Of a DNA stretch of 64,000 bases, positions 27,374 through 41,800 are shown piece after piece. Position numbers and translations under genes: made by a program. The notes below the pieces were generated by a model. It did no database searches. It was not told the DNA's origin and worked only from the letters and a program-made list of their open reading frames with translations. This DNA is from Eledone cirrhosa (Eukaryota), in the NCBI GenBank assembly GCA_964016885.1, contig OZ024742.1, forward strand, positions 194,246,001 to 194,310,000, read 5' to 3'. Positions within the stretch are counted from its first letter, which is position 1. Each line of letters begins with the position of its first letter.

Positions 27374-27626
27374 GGGGTAACAAATTATTGTTATAGGTGG
27401 TCCACTTAAGTGTAGTCCAGTTATGGTACTCCGGGTAGTGGAAGATATCAACGCTTGGCCAAGTTTGACTCAACAAGGCGTTTCCATAGTGATGTTGCGA
27501 GTACGCTGTAATTCCTATGTTGTAAACACTTGGTGTAACGATAAATCAAGAAAGAAGAGTGACACGGTTTGCTATACAAAAAATGTTTTTAATCTCATTG
27601 CTGACAATTGTTTCTCTGAACTGGTA

Positions 27627-27699
<73 letters not shown>

Positions 27700-27704
<5 letters not shown>

Positions 27705-28196
27705 ATATAGAGAAACACACAGATACATGCGGACACATACATATACATGAATATATCCACATCCATCCCTGAGTTAATGGTGCCAACCTTAAAAGATGTT
27801 GCTCTATGAATAACTGGGACAAACCAATCCGAATGGATTAGACTGAACCAGTATCAGAGCTATAAAGTACATTATGAAGAGAGAAGAAACATTAGATATA
27901 ATTAGTAATAAGATGTATCATATCTAAACTGCTTCTAAATTCCTCGACTACGTAGTTTCGTGGCATAAGCTAAAACAATACATCACAGAGATATAGAATG
28001 TTTACGTGTTTTGAAACCCTTAATGAGGTATCCTCTTGATAAGTCGGCAGACCTCACAAAAATTCTATATCTCTGTGATGTATTCTTTTTCCTTATGCCA
28101 CGAAACTACGTAGTCGAGGAATTTAGAAGCAGTTTAGGTATGATACATCTTATTACTAATTATATCTAATGTTTCTTCTCTCTTCATAATGTACTA
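27700..28196. mobile_element. two-armed inverted insertion of the 591-nt hammerhead element
   Basis: Minus arm 27700 to about 27990, plus arm about 27995-28196; inverted identity between 27866-27989 and 28062-28195; (TA)n on both sides. Confidence 0.9.
28031..28120 (+). ncRNA. type I hammerhead with U3-A8 core, extended stem II and GUC site (28115)
   Basis: TCCTC TTGATAA GT(c)GGCA..TCACA..TGTGA..TGCCAC GAAA CTACGTAG TC GAGGA. Confidence 0.85.
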
Positions 28197-31100
28197 TATA
28201 TATATATATATGTATATATTGACACTAAATATAATTGTGTGTATAAAATTGAAATATGTCATAGTGTCCGCCTCTCGATCTCTTCTTGAATTAGCTATTC
28301 TTCCTAGAGCGTCAACATTACCCATATAACATGATTAAATGTAACATAGTATTGACATAATTATAATTAGGTGCAAAAATCGATCACATAAGGACTTATA
28401 CGTGGCACTTCTTTTCTCCTTGTCAAAAAGAAATATCAATGTATTGATTCGCTTTGCTTTGTTGTCATTTGCTATGGGCTGTGTGAGAATACGTATGTTT
28501 TAAATAGAAGTTATCTAATGCATTTTCAATTCAATTAAAATATACATATCAGTTGAATATATCTAGCATCTATTGTCTCTCCGTTGTGAAGAAATTAAGT
28601 GCCGTCAGATTGTACAATTACATGGCTTGTTGTTCTAGTTCAGTGCACACTCAGATCAAATCCCACCGAAGTCAACTTTGTCTTTCCATTCTGTCATAGC
28701 CTAACTTATGTAGAGGACGGTGAATTGGTGCAATTTTTATAGAGTCTGACGTGATGATTTCCATTATCTACTCCGTTCTGAATTCCAATTCCACCTCATT
28801 CTGCAAGAAGTGTAACCCACAGATTGTATCAGCAGTATAGCGACTAATTGAATGAGTGTTTCTATTGTCGAATTTGACAATAAAATATTTTTATTTCTAA
28901 GGAAAATTATTATTAAATTTAATGACTCCTTGTCAGTTTTCAAAACGATTTTGGGATGTCAATTTCAAGGAAACAAGGATGCGCTTTGTAAAATTGAGGT
29001 TTCTACTTCATAAAGGGATTTTCTTATATCTTAACCGAAAAAATTCGCTAAATTCATTGAATTTTTAATTTTTAATATGATGGAATGTAAGGTATATTGT
29101 TAAAGACCAATACAAATATGCTTTCACGTAGTGTATGTATTGTAAGAGTGATACGGAGAAGTGGGGTTTAATCCTTCAATAATATGAGCAGAGGTAACGT
29201 AGGCGGCTGGTATTCACAAGATACATATTTAAAGTAGATATAACAGTATATATATCAAGGGTAAATATTCAGGTATATAAAGATATATGCCTATATAATT
29301 CCAATGTAATTGGAATCGAAAAGATATTGTGATAGAACATGTTGAGAAGAATATAATTAATTAATATTTAATGTTTGCCTTGTTTTCTGCATTGTGTATG
29401 AATGTATTCATATATGCGTTTGCGTGTGTATGGATGTGTGTATTGTGTGTGTATGTGTGTATGTGTGTGTGTGTGTATGTTTATGTGTGTGTGAATAAAA
29501 CTTATACGGAATCACAATTTCGTTCTCCAAAATCAATGGTGATATTAAGATGCATTATATTATATTTAATAGGTCCTACTAATAATATGCATTCCGCCTC
29601 CACATGAATAATTCTGATATTAACTGTGTATTTATCTCAAACGAAAACAACTTTACTGCTTAAGAGCTTACGTTATCTACCATCAGTTATGAAACAGAGG
29701 ACTTACTAAAGCGTTTATTTTGTATAGGTGAAGGACAGTGGTTTAATGTGAACGCTGTTCAGTTCATGATGGTAAGACCGCTATTCCGGACAGGCTAAAG
29801 CATTGTGTCCTTTTCAAGTTGCTTTAGTCCGCTCAACTAGAGAAAATGAGTTGTATCACTAATTCAAGGGGTCTGCCTTGTTACCCACGTGTCACGTTGC
29901 ATCTTCTTAAGAGCTACGTTACATGTGCACATTTCACGGGAATATTTAGCTACTTAAACGTGAATATTTAGCTACTTTCACGAAGAGGCTGTTCTGTCGT
30001 TCGAGGAATTGTAGTACTCGACGCCGAAACAGATATAGACCCGGTTATTTTCTATTGATTAAAAACAGTAGGAAATGAAAACTCTGCAATTATTTACGAT
30101 GCCTATATGGCAATTTCGTTGATTTATATTCAAAACTATAAGATGATAAATTGAGTGGCGAGTTTCATTTTCTTATGAATTTTGATTATTTCAAACTTTA
30201 GGATATATTTTTTATTGATAATAATTTGACATTAAGTAGATAAGAACTTAAAAGGAGAGAATATTATTTATTTACAATGTATAAGAAAATCATGTCAATA
30301 ATCAAACAAATATTCTATGAAGTTTATTTTCCATGAGTAAATATGATAACCCTAGATTTTTTTTATCATTGATTATACATTCAAATCTGCGGCTACTACT
30401 GCATATATTTATGAACCAATTGAGTGTTATTGTTTTATGCGCCGGATGAGACCTAGTTCCGTAGTAAAATAAATCTAATGAACAGCACATGATGTTTTTG
30501 TTTTTGCATTTTAAAGATTTTGAATATATAATACTAAGATTTCTTCGATAAAAAAACATGTGCATGATCTTTTTGTCGCATAGCCAAGTGCATAAGGGGT
30601 TCGCTTTGCAAGCATTATATCCTAAGTTTGATTCTACTGTTTGGTATATTGACCAAGCGTGGTTAAACATACTCTGCAGTCGACCCATGATTTCTAGGTG
30701 AAATTGTGTAGACGGAAACTGTTTGGAAGCCAGGGTGAATGTACTGTACCAGCAATCCAAAGAGCCAGATTTTTCACACACACAGTGTCACTCTAAGCCT
30801 GCCTCATAGTCACGTTAAGGGTAGACTGGTCTCTGAAATGCTCAGTAACTTACATGACAATTTCAAGAGCAGGCTGCTCCGGTGATCAAAATACTGGAAC
30901 AATCTTCGTTGAAACCGACGGTGATTCATTCCATGTGTACATGAGCAGTGAGATGATATGCAGAATACGATATTGTTTCAATATCGCTTTTCCTTTTAAA
31001 TAAAGTGATATGTTGATCAAATAATCCTAAGAGGGCATGGAATGAAGCTAGATAATATGTTTGAGTAGAGCGCTTATACAGACCTAAAATGCGTTCCAGC

Positions 31101-31844
31101 AGAGTATTGGTTTTTTTGTTACCATTCCACAATCCCCTCTATTCATTAAAATGCCACCGGGGCTTAAGCACATCACATTATTTAGAATCCGGCCATGATC
31201 TATTAGCATTAGTAATAACATACCGTTTTATGTTTAAACGATACACAGACGATCCTCTCCAGTTGATGTTTATTTGCTTTATATGCAAGTGAAAATATTC
31301 AACCAATGTTCCGGTCGAAAAAATATATAAAAGCTATATGGTTTTGATTTCTCGATAATGAGTGATGGAACGTCACCGATGATGGATAAAAATACAGACA
31401 CATGTGTCTGGGGCTCTCACACGTCTTCAGATATAATGAGAGATGATCACAGCTAAAAGCTTTCATAACTAGATATTTCAATGTGAATTGTGCGTAAAAA
31501 TATCTTATATGGCTTCCTATTAGTTAATCGTAACTTGCCAACCTCGCACCATATGTGAATAGGCATCACCAACCAATGTTCGGTTTGTAAAATATTCAAA
31601 TGAGAACGCACATCTGGTGTTTCATTGGCAAGAGTGCAAATGAGATATAGTTTATACTTTTCTCATTACCCAATGTAAAACAGCACCAATTACGGAAAAA
31701 TAATCTAAAACAAGCATGCTAGATGCTCTAAACACGGCTACTGAGATGGCAGAAATCAGGATTACAGCTTAAAATATCCGTAGCTTCTCTAGTTAATATT
31801 CATTGACATACAATATATGCATTCATACTCATTTCCATTATATA

Positions 31845-32674
<830 letters not shown>

Positions 32675-32689
32675 GAACCATGTATATAT

Positions 32690-32896
32690 ATAACGAACCA
32701 TGTGGTAAGGAACCATATGGACCATAACGCACCAACGTACTCAATACTTAGGGTAGTAGAGTGGGTAATAGGAAAAAGTATGACCCAGACGGCCGAGCTC
32801 AAGCCTATTCGACGGCTAATTCTGGACTTCTAATTGTCGACGTCCAGAATTAGCCGTCGAAACGGCTTGAGCTCGGCAATCGGGGTCATACTTGTT

Positions 32897-32900
<4 letters not shown>
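32690..32900. mobile_element. small fold-back element (arms 32768-32827 and 32841-32901) with a tail on the left
   Basis: ataggaaaaagtatgaccc..ggctaattctggac versus gtccagaattagcc..gggtcatacttgttcctat. Confidence 0.8.
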
Positions 32901-32949
<49 letters not shown>

Positions 32950-33020
32950 CATTATGAAGAGAGAAGAAACATTAGATATAATTAATAATAAGATATACCA
33001 TACCCAAATTCCTTCTTTAC

Positions 33021-33113
33021 TCCTCAACTACGTAGTTTCGTGGCATATTATGCAAAAACACTACATCACAGAGGTATAGAATTTTTATGAGGTCTGCCGA
33101 CTTATCAAGAGGA
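33021..33113 (-). ncRNA. U3-A8 hammerhead (GUU site)
   Basis: Reverse complement reads TCCTC TTGATAA GTCGGCA..TGCCAC GAAA CTACGTAG TT GAGGA. Confidence 0.8.
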
Positions 33114-33611
33114 TGCCTCATGAAGAGTTTCAAAACTCGTCGGAGGACGCGAGATAGAATCCCGAAAGGCGGAGGGGGAGTCAATCACGTGATACAGCGG
33201 TCAAGAAACAGAGATAAGCCTCTTATAACCATGAAAAAAATACCACGGAGGCGGAGAGGGTACTTATATCATAGCCGTAGAAGAGGTGGCTAAGTGGGCG
33301 AGAAGTATGAGTAATGATAGCTTTCCAGCTGTCACTACACTTCAATGGTTATTCTACAAAAGGGAGTTATAAACAATATATAGAAACACACATATACATG
33401 CGGACACATTCATATACATGAATATAACCATATATATCTCTGAATTAGTGGTGCCAACCTCAGCCGATGTTGCTCTATCAATAACTGGGACAAAATAATC
33501 CGAATGGATTAGATTGATTCAGTATCAGAGCTATATAATACATTATTAAGAGAGAAGAAACATTAAATATAATTAATAATAAGATATATCATACCCAAAT
33601 TCCTTCTTTAC

Positions 33612-33704
33612 TCCTCGACTATGTAGTTTCGTGGCATATTATGTGAAAACAATACATCACAGAGATATAGAATTTTTGTGAGGTCTGCCGACTTATCAAG
33701 ACGA
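33612..33704 (-). ncRNA. U3-A8 hammerhead (GUC site, one stem I mismatch)
   Basis: Reverse complement reads TCGTC TTGATAA GTCGGCA..TGCCAC GAAA CTACATAG TC GAGGA. Confidence 0.75.
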
Positions 33705-33993
33705 TACCTCATTAAGTGTGTTTCTATATATTGTTTATAACTCCCTTTGGTCGAGTAACCTTTGAAGTGTAGTGACTGCTGGAAAGCTATCATTACTCAT
33801 ACTTCTCGCCACCCTAGCCACCTCTTCTACGGCTTTGATATAAGTACCCCCTGCGCCTCCGTGGTATTTTTTTCATGGTTATAAGAGGCTTAGCTCTGTT
33901 TCTTGACCACTGTATCAAGTGATTGACTCCCCTTCCGCCTTTCGGGATTCTATCTCGCGTCCTCCGACGAGTTTTGAAACTCTTCATGAGGCA

Positions 33994-34086
33994 TCCTCTT
34001 GATAAGTCGGTAGACCTCACAAAAATTCTATACCTCTGTGATGTAGTGTTTTTGCATAATATGCCACGAAGCTACGTAGTCGAGGA
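33994..34086 (+). ncRNA. U3-A8 hammerhead with A15.1G substitution
   Basis: TCCTC TTGATAA GTCGGTA..TGCCAC GAAG CTACGTAG TC GAGGA. Confidence 0.7.
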
Positions 34087-34482
34087 ATAAAGAAGGAATT
34101 TGGGTATGGTATATCTTATTATTAATTATATCTAATGTTTCTTCTCTCTTCATAATGTATTATATAGCTCTGATACTGAATCAATCTAATCCATTCGGAT
34201 TATTTTGTCCCAGTTATTCATAGAGCAATATCGGTTGAGATTGGCACCACTAATTCAAAGATATATGTGGATATATTCATGTATATGTATGTGTACGCAT
34301 GTATCTGTGTGTTTCTATATATTGTATATATATATATATACATATATATGTGTGTGCGTGTGTGTTTATGTGTGCCTGTGTGTGTGTGTGTTAAGTCACT
34401 TCCCCTACAATATCAACCGTAAAACTAATAATATATCTCTTCATTGTACTGTGTCGTTTGCTTTATTATTTATGTTTGCCTA

Positions 34483-34524
<42 letters not shown>

Positions 34525-34885
34525 GCTAAATATCAACGTAAACCTGTTCTATCCATTCACTAGATTGCCATAAAGTGTGCTTAATGGCTTAATTACACAA
34601 GGGGACGATATAAAAATGGATATGTGCACACACATATCCATATTCATAAGCTAAACAATGTTAATGGACTATTAATTATTGCTACGCATACGTAGGATAC
34701 GAGTACACAGAACTTATACATTTCTGTTGTACATACTGTATCATTCTGCCCAACCAAAAATGACATTCAAGTGAATACTGAATTCAAGAGATGTCAAGAT
34801 GAATGGAGCTGTTATTTTTATCTAAATACATTTTTTTCGAATTCTAACCTGAATCTCCTTTCAATCTATCTTATTTCTTATTATT

Positions 34886-34921
34886 TCTTCCGATGAAGGA
34901 CTGGCGTCCGAAACGTTATAA
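34886..34921 (+). ncRNA. degenerate minimal hammerhead in an old pLTR-like relic
   Basis: CCGATGA a GGAC-tggc-GTCC GAAA CG TT; stem I is poor. Confidence 0.5.
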
Positions 34922-37900
34922 CCCTCGTCCTTCTATTTCAAGTTTTAACCTAATATATTCCTTCCATACACTGTACCGATTGTGTTGTTATTTCTGTTCA
35001 ACTCTTACACACACGCAGACACACATATTCTTGAACCTGTCGGTGTTTGTTGTTTTTATTATTCGATGATTACATTCTTGTTATTACTTTATTATATAAA
35101 TTGCCATATTATTGGCAGCACTGTGAACATCGTAAAGTTCAGAGTATTTTGTTTTATTGACACAAACTGGCATATAGTCATATCAAAGAAATAAATTAGT
35201 GTAACCATTCAAACGTTCCTACGTAATTGTTGTTCTCTGCGGTATTTAACATTGGATAAATATTGAAACTATTTCATCCGAAAACAATTACGTTCTCATA
35301 AATATTATTCCATAATTAACACATGTTGACATAGACTATTGTCATGCTCATAGTTTCTTTTTAAGGAATGTTATCTCTATTTAGAAGTGAAGGTTACAGT
35401 GCTGAGCACACGATCCCAAAGCCTAGTGTTTTAATTCCAGACCGGCTGATTCATTGTTTTCCAGCAAAGCATTTTATATCACCTTATTCTAGGTCATTCA
35501 CCGGCAAAAGAATATGCGATAGCTGGTGGTTATTTCCGCTACGACGTTAACTTTTCCTCTCGATACCGTAACTCCCATGAAACCGAGATTAGTTCCAGGC
35601 CTCATTCAGCCCATGCAATGTGCAAAAACAAAAGAAAAACAAGCATAAATCAATAACTCATCGTTAATTATAGTAAGTTGTTGTAGTTCCTTCAATCGTT
35701 TTGATTTTAACACCTTTCTTGCCTTATTTCTAATGAAGCCATTCATTATCTATGATATTCAATTGCCTTTAAAAGAAATTCAGAATTTTGGGGATTTAGT
35801 AAAATAATTAAATATTTCATCATTATATTTTTAAGAACATCAGTTAAAAGTTTCTTACAAAAATATTATAATGTGCATTAAGGTGTTCGCTCCAATATAG
35901 CTGTATACATATAAGTATGTGTATTTTGATATTTATCTATATACGGTGTGTTTACGAATACACATTTGAAAGCCTTTAGGTATTAATTTTGTTACCTTAT
36001 GGCGTAGTCATTATTCGTAAAAATAATGTATACAGCTAGATATACAAAATATATACTTATATTTTGAGTTACAAATTTAAAGATGGACACATTAAATCAA
36101 GTGGGTTTTTTTTTCAGAACTAGAGAGTTGTAAGGTGGTTTCTTATGAAAAGAGTTTAAATGGCATTTGTCACTTGTATATGACCTTTATACTCGTATAT
36201 CTAAGTAATTTGTTAAAATTGCATTCAATTGTTCGTGCTTCGGTTCTCGTTAATTTAAAAGATAGTCCAATATTTTCTGAGATAATCGTAAATTTATTCA
36301 TCAGGAGATACCAATTTGTAAATCTTGCTTGACTCTGTACGGTATATCCAAACAACTGTTCCCTCGTGTGTAAATATTACATCAATCGTTCTTTTCTCCT
36401 ACATGTGTTTAGTTTGACTCATGTCTAATTTAAATGTCTCTTGTGAATATCAGCCGCCTCCGATTATATTGTTAAAGGATTACAACCATCTTATCCGTAT
36501 CACTGAAAAGTAATCTGTGTCCTCAAAATATACGGTTCATCGTTATCGGTGTTGCTGTTGATTTAATTAGCATTATCTAACGTAATACTGATAAGTTTAC
36601 TTATAATAAACATTTTGTCTCTTTGTGAGTATTTTAAACTCAGATAATATTACAGTAACCTCAGCTTCAGAATAAAAGGTTTGGATACATACTTCACAGT
36701 TGTTAATGTACATAAGCACTCGCTTATTTACGCGCAGATGCTCAGTTATGAAAGACAGTATCATCGTATAGATTTTGTAAACATACATAATCGATGTTAG
36801 TGATGTCACAAATAATTACTGGACGGTCAAGCTTATGAGAATACAAGACTTATCTCAACCTATATACATTTTGTTTATGTATAATAATGAAACAGTCCTC
36901 ACTGTGAGGAGATAAGCCGTAATCATGTCGCAGTTACATCAGTAGTCGGATTTTCACTATTGCTCCAGTTGGACAACATTCACGTTGTTATGTCTAACAC
37001 AATTAAATATGTTTATGCATAATATCCATATATTTAGACTAGTTGTGTGTATTTAAGATCTAATCGTGATATATCTATTTCAATACCAGTGTAACAGCCA
37101 AGGAAACAGTTCTCTGTCATTATTTATATGACTATTGCTTAAATTAATTACAACAAAACTAAATGAACGCTTGTTATATGCAAATATTTAAAAGTGTCCC
37201 TTAAAAATATCAACATCAATCCCAATAACTGGGAATCACTTGTCCTTGATCTCCAAACCTCGCGAAGCAAAATCTTTGAAGGATCATTTACCACCGAATC
37301 ACCCCCTTCGACTGAAGCTCTTATCCATATATTATGACCCACATATATGTATGATTGTATGACCCCGGTTAGCTTTACCATTCACCTCCTGACCCAGAGC
37401 TAAAAACCCTTTATTCAACATTGAAGTCGTTGTCGTCTTCTACTCTGAAGTTACAACAATAATATATATTGTAAATGGATATATATAAACCATTATTTTC
37501 AATGTGGTGTGTAACAAATTATTCCATTTCAATAATATTTCAGAATTTAAAATGGCTCTTAAATTCCTATGCTCTTACTTACAACATACATTATATACCT
37601 GGACATGAACAAAAAGGCCTTATTTCCTTTCATGTCACATTTCTGATTTAGTATTCTTTAAAGAGCTTTTCTTGAATATCTTCAACTATTTGATCTATCT
37701 CCTTGACGTCTCTCAATTTTACCGCGTTACGTTTCTCAGCTTTCAAGATTCATCCGTTTCTCACATTTAATTGTTGAATGTCCACATACCCGTTACTTGC
37801 ATTTAAAATGCACTGAATCTTTGATAAACTAATTTAATCTTTCTTTCATCTTCCAATTTTCGGTTAAGTGATAATGGAAATGTGACAGCTGTCACAATAA

Positions 37901-38656
37901 TCCCACGTTTGCTTTGATTATCTATATCATTCAGTGAAGCGCTATTCTCGTATCTCCAATTTGTGTCAGTTTTCTAAGCCTTTCTCTCTTATACCTGATT
38001 CCAACTCATATAATCTTTATGTTAAATCATTATTACTCATTATAAATGACGCAAGAGAAATTTATTATTCGGCGGCTATTACTTCATTTTCCTGGGGTTT
38101 GATGACAAGACTATTTGCTGCCAAATCTCTGTATATAGTATAGCCATCAAGGAAACCCTGTAACAAATATTTAGTGGCAAAACATGAACAAGACCAGAAT
38201 TTCAGATGGTTGATGATCTGATGAAAACAGTTTGGCTATAGGATCTAGGAAAGATTAGGAATAGTTCGAGGTACGGAAATTGGTATATCATAAGTGATAA
38301 GAGTCAGGATATACGGGTATTGTTGATGACTTGGTTGAAAGTCGTATGCAATGTCTGAAGTTAGTGAAGAAAGGACGCAGAAGCAACACGTCGGGAGACG
38401 AAAAATTGAAGTCTGTTCGTGAATATATCTTTGCAATTCATTATGACATTCGTATCATGACAGTCTACGATATTTATATGTAGTGTAAATATTATCCTCA
38501 ATTGATGTTTCACTTGTAAATTATAGGGTAAAAATAGGCAAGGGCATCGCATACAATTTGCAAAGTGCATGGTCCAAATCTGAAACTGGATGATTTTTGA
38601 AAGCAGCACGGGATAAATTGCAGGTATGTATATATGTATATATATATATATATATA

Positions 38657-39352
38657 AACAAACATAAGTTATCGAGATTCGCATTTCGGCCCACGAAATA
38701 ACGAAAAACAACCTCCGAGATGTGTGGCAAGTGCTCAATGATTCAGATGAACCAGAGCTATAACAAACGTTAAAGGCCAAACACACTGAGACGATGGTTA
38801 AACAATCATTCGCATAGCCAAAAGAACGAACAAGTAATTGGGGTATTGAAAATTTTCCCGGACCCCTGGAAGGTTGGTAAAATCCAGTATATGGGTTTCT
38901 GCGGCTCCTAAATCAAGTACCGTCCGCTTACATAAATAATTTCAGGCTTCTGGTAAGATGATTGAACCAGGAAGCCACTTTCTCAACAGGATTTAGTTCA
39001 ATGTTAATACAAGGACTGACTATTACTGACCCCACGTGAAGATCGGCAAAGGAGGCAACCCTTATATCAGGCGAATGAATTCAGTTGTGTATATTTTGGC
39101 AAGAATGCAAAAACATCACAAATCGAATAGAGTTCTCAACAGAAGGGTTAAAATTAACATAAGCTATTCATCAGTCAATAGAATCAACTAAAAATCAAGA
39201 AAATTAACTGGTCAATAGCTAGAGTCTGGAGAATAATACAAACATAAATTATCGAGATTCGCATTTCGGCCCACGAAATAACGAAAGATAACCTCCGAGA
39301 TGTGCGGCAAGTGCTCAATGATTCAGATGAACCAGAGCTATAACAAACGTTA
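38657..39352 (-). mobile_element. 580-nt non-coding unit with ~113-nt terminal redundancy in (TA)n
   Basis: Direct repeats about 38658-38772 and 39238-39352. Degenerate hammerhead on minus at 39122-39179 (ATTGA CTGATGA ATAG..CTGT t GAGA..TCGAT); strand assigned from that motif. Confidence 0.7.
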
Positions 39353-39365
39353 TATATATATATAT

Positions 39366-39647
39366 TAGAAAGTGAGGTTTTTTTACAAAATGAAAAAAAA
39401 AACGAGGTGTCCTACATGAGTAGGAAAAGAGATGAAATCGAAAATGCAACTCGAGTCTTTTTTTATAAAAATATATATTTATTTAGTTCTTTTACCGGTT
39501 TCGCAGTTCTTCTGCTTTTCAAAAGTAGAATTGGGATGGAAGATTTGTAGTTTTTCTCACACGTGAACCAAATAAAGGAACCAAATAAATATATATTTTT
39601 ATAAAAAAAGACTCCAGTTTCATTTTCGATTTCATCTTTTTTCCTTA
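39366..39647. mobile_element. fold-back hammerhead element (arms about 39421-39493 and 39574-39647; ~55-nt tail on the left)
   Basis: ggaaaagagatgaaatcgaaaatg..atatatatttattt versus its reverse complement. Confidence 0.8.
39487..39530 (-). ncRNA. minimal type I hammerhead with U3-A8 core and GUA site
   Basis: Minus strand: ttctactt TTGAAAA GCAG-aagaa-CTGC GAAA CCGG TA aaagaa. Confidence 0.75.
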
Positions 39648-39655
39648 TATATATG

Positions 39656-39710
<55 letters not shown>

Positions 39711-40223
39711 TTGTAAAGAAAGAGAAAGACACTTACTAATAAACACACATTTAGAAACACACATTCGTACAATCTATTCGTCATCATGTATATTCTGTCT
39801 CCTGCTATTTCACCTTTTGGAAGTAAATTATGTTATTTCACATATATTTTCATGTAAAATGTAATACCCACATAGACAAACAACGTACATATAGGAAGTT
39901 AATATAAATAAACACCCATACACACCATCACGAACAATACACGAATGCAACAGAACGTACGCACATACACATAATAATGAATTAAATACAATGCACATAC
40001 ACATGCTCGTCCACCCTTTCTATCCCCTTGTAATCCGTAAACCACATATTTGCGTGTCTTCTACTCCTGATGAACGCCACCGTCCAATACGTTGAACATT
40101 ACGCTTCTTCTATTTCAATCGTGAAGCTAATAAACTGCTGTTATTGTATCTCTGGGTTTGTCCCTATTTATCTACACACACACACAAACATCTATCTATA
40201 TATATATATATATATATATACAT

Positions 40224-41700
40224 ATAGTGAAAGAGTGAAGAATAACATGGTCAACAGTTCAAAAAGGGTTTTATTTACAGTATTAACTTTTGTTTCATTG
40301 GCTAAGTTGTCTTAAAATTGGTAATTACTTAATGTTAACTGCATAGCTGAAGTGGCACATAGGAAGGTCTCAAATTGTAACTGTTACTTACCGGATAAGT
40401 GCCCACTACAAAATAGATGCCTTGAATCTAATATAGTGTACCTACGTACTATAAATTCAGGCAACTTAGCATGGCACTACATAGGTTCTACGGCGGTGGG
40501 AGTTGAAAAAACGTTGGTACGTCCACAGACATTCTATAAAGAAACGTAAATTAATGAAAACAACAGCGTTCGCCAATAAATTCTGGCAGCTTAAAGACAC
40601 AAACCAACAATACAGGATTAACTGGTCTAAATTGTCAGGGGCAATGGCATACGAAATAGGTATGTTCCACTGTAGACTTTGTAATATGGAATTATTCCAT
40701 ATTTTAAAATATGAAAAAATGCTGCTTAACAACAAAATTGAACGGTCAATTAGCAGCAAATAAATTCAAACAAATAATTTCAAACAAACTTGATTTTACC
40801 CAACAATTGCATAATTCAAATTATACCACCTGAGTCTATTATAATAACCCATTATCATCATTGTTGTTATTATTGTTATTAACTGTCAATGAATCAATAT
40901 CATAATCTATTATATTTTCTCTCTTTCATTTGCTATCTTCCAATTTCTTTCCCTAAATATATTTCATCTCTTACATAATAACCTATCGTATTATCTTCCC
41001 TTCTAATATAACTTGCAAATTATTAATTTATTAATTTAATTAATACATATATGAATATATTTAATACTTTCATGTTTATACCATCATATCTTTATATTTT
41101 AACCACCAACACCACTACTATTTTCAACAATCAGATTATGTTCATTTTCCTCGCACAAATATAAACATTTTTTAATTATTTATTATCATCTTCGCTATAA
41201 CTTATTTATTATTATTCATTTATTATCATTACTTTTATTTTTTCTCTCTATTTTTCTCTCTATTTTTCTTTTTCTTTATCTTTTTTCTTTATTCTTTTTT
41301 TCTTCTTTGTTTGTTTGTTTCTTTATTATTTATTTATTTATTTCTCTTTTTATCTCTCTACCTTTTTCTTTTTCTTCTTTTTCTATTTCTTTCTTTATTA
41401 ATGATGTTGCAATTTGAATTTGTAAACGTTGTGTATAATTTGTTTCAGTTATCTGATGATTTGGTTAAGCATACATCGTATTTTAAGTTGAGTGACACAA
41501 CTTCAAGTGATAAGCAATTTTAAGACAACTTAACCAAAGAAACAATTGTTAATACTGTAAATAAAACCTTTTTTGAACTGTTCACCATGTTATTCTTCAC
41601 TCTTTCACTATTATTACTCCATGATTAACTTGCATAGGAACTCCTGAGAACTCATATACTCGCTACCTACAGAAACCTCTTAGCCGTACGCTAAAACTAT
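40224..41700 (+). mobile_element. decayed Penelope-like element with inverted partial pLTR at the 5' end
   Basis: GIY-YIG remnants 40352-40763 (CNC..CPL..CL..NIVY..YIGST; KKRWYVH; CRLC..E..LLN). 40224-40320 is inverted relative to 41515-41611. Right boundary approximate. Confidence 0.8.
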
Positions 41701-41759
41701 CCACAATGGGGAGTATTCACAACCTCTAACTGGATTACCTATAACGATAACTTGTTATC

Positions 41760-41800
<41 letters not shown>

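Larger units (their letters stand above)
32946..34325. mobile_element. 591-nt hammerhead element: ~1.3 tandem units on minus (32946-33715) joined to one permuted unit on plus (33716-34325)
   Basis: Period 591 on both arms (33021 to 33612; 33716 to 34307). Three hammerheads; (TA)n flanks. Confidence 0.92.

Noticed and set aside
27455-27535. Possible U3-A8 hammerhead on the minus strand (CATAG/CTATG-GAAA)
   Set aside because: Core reads TTTACAA, missing G5, and stem III is ambiguous.
33087-33293. 68-aa Arg-rich ORF repeated at 33814-34020
   Set aside because: Antisense to the ribozyme strand, start codon differs between copies, and its recurrence is explained by the DNA duplication.
37148-38160. 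Possible host exon or old LINE RT relic on the minus strand
   Set aside because: No recognisable domain, many stops, and no convincing splice pair.
41449-41513. Hammerhead in the pLTR of the 40224 element
   Set aside because: CTGATGA and a plausible stem II are present, but GAAA and the NUH site are degenerate; counted only as a relic.
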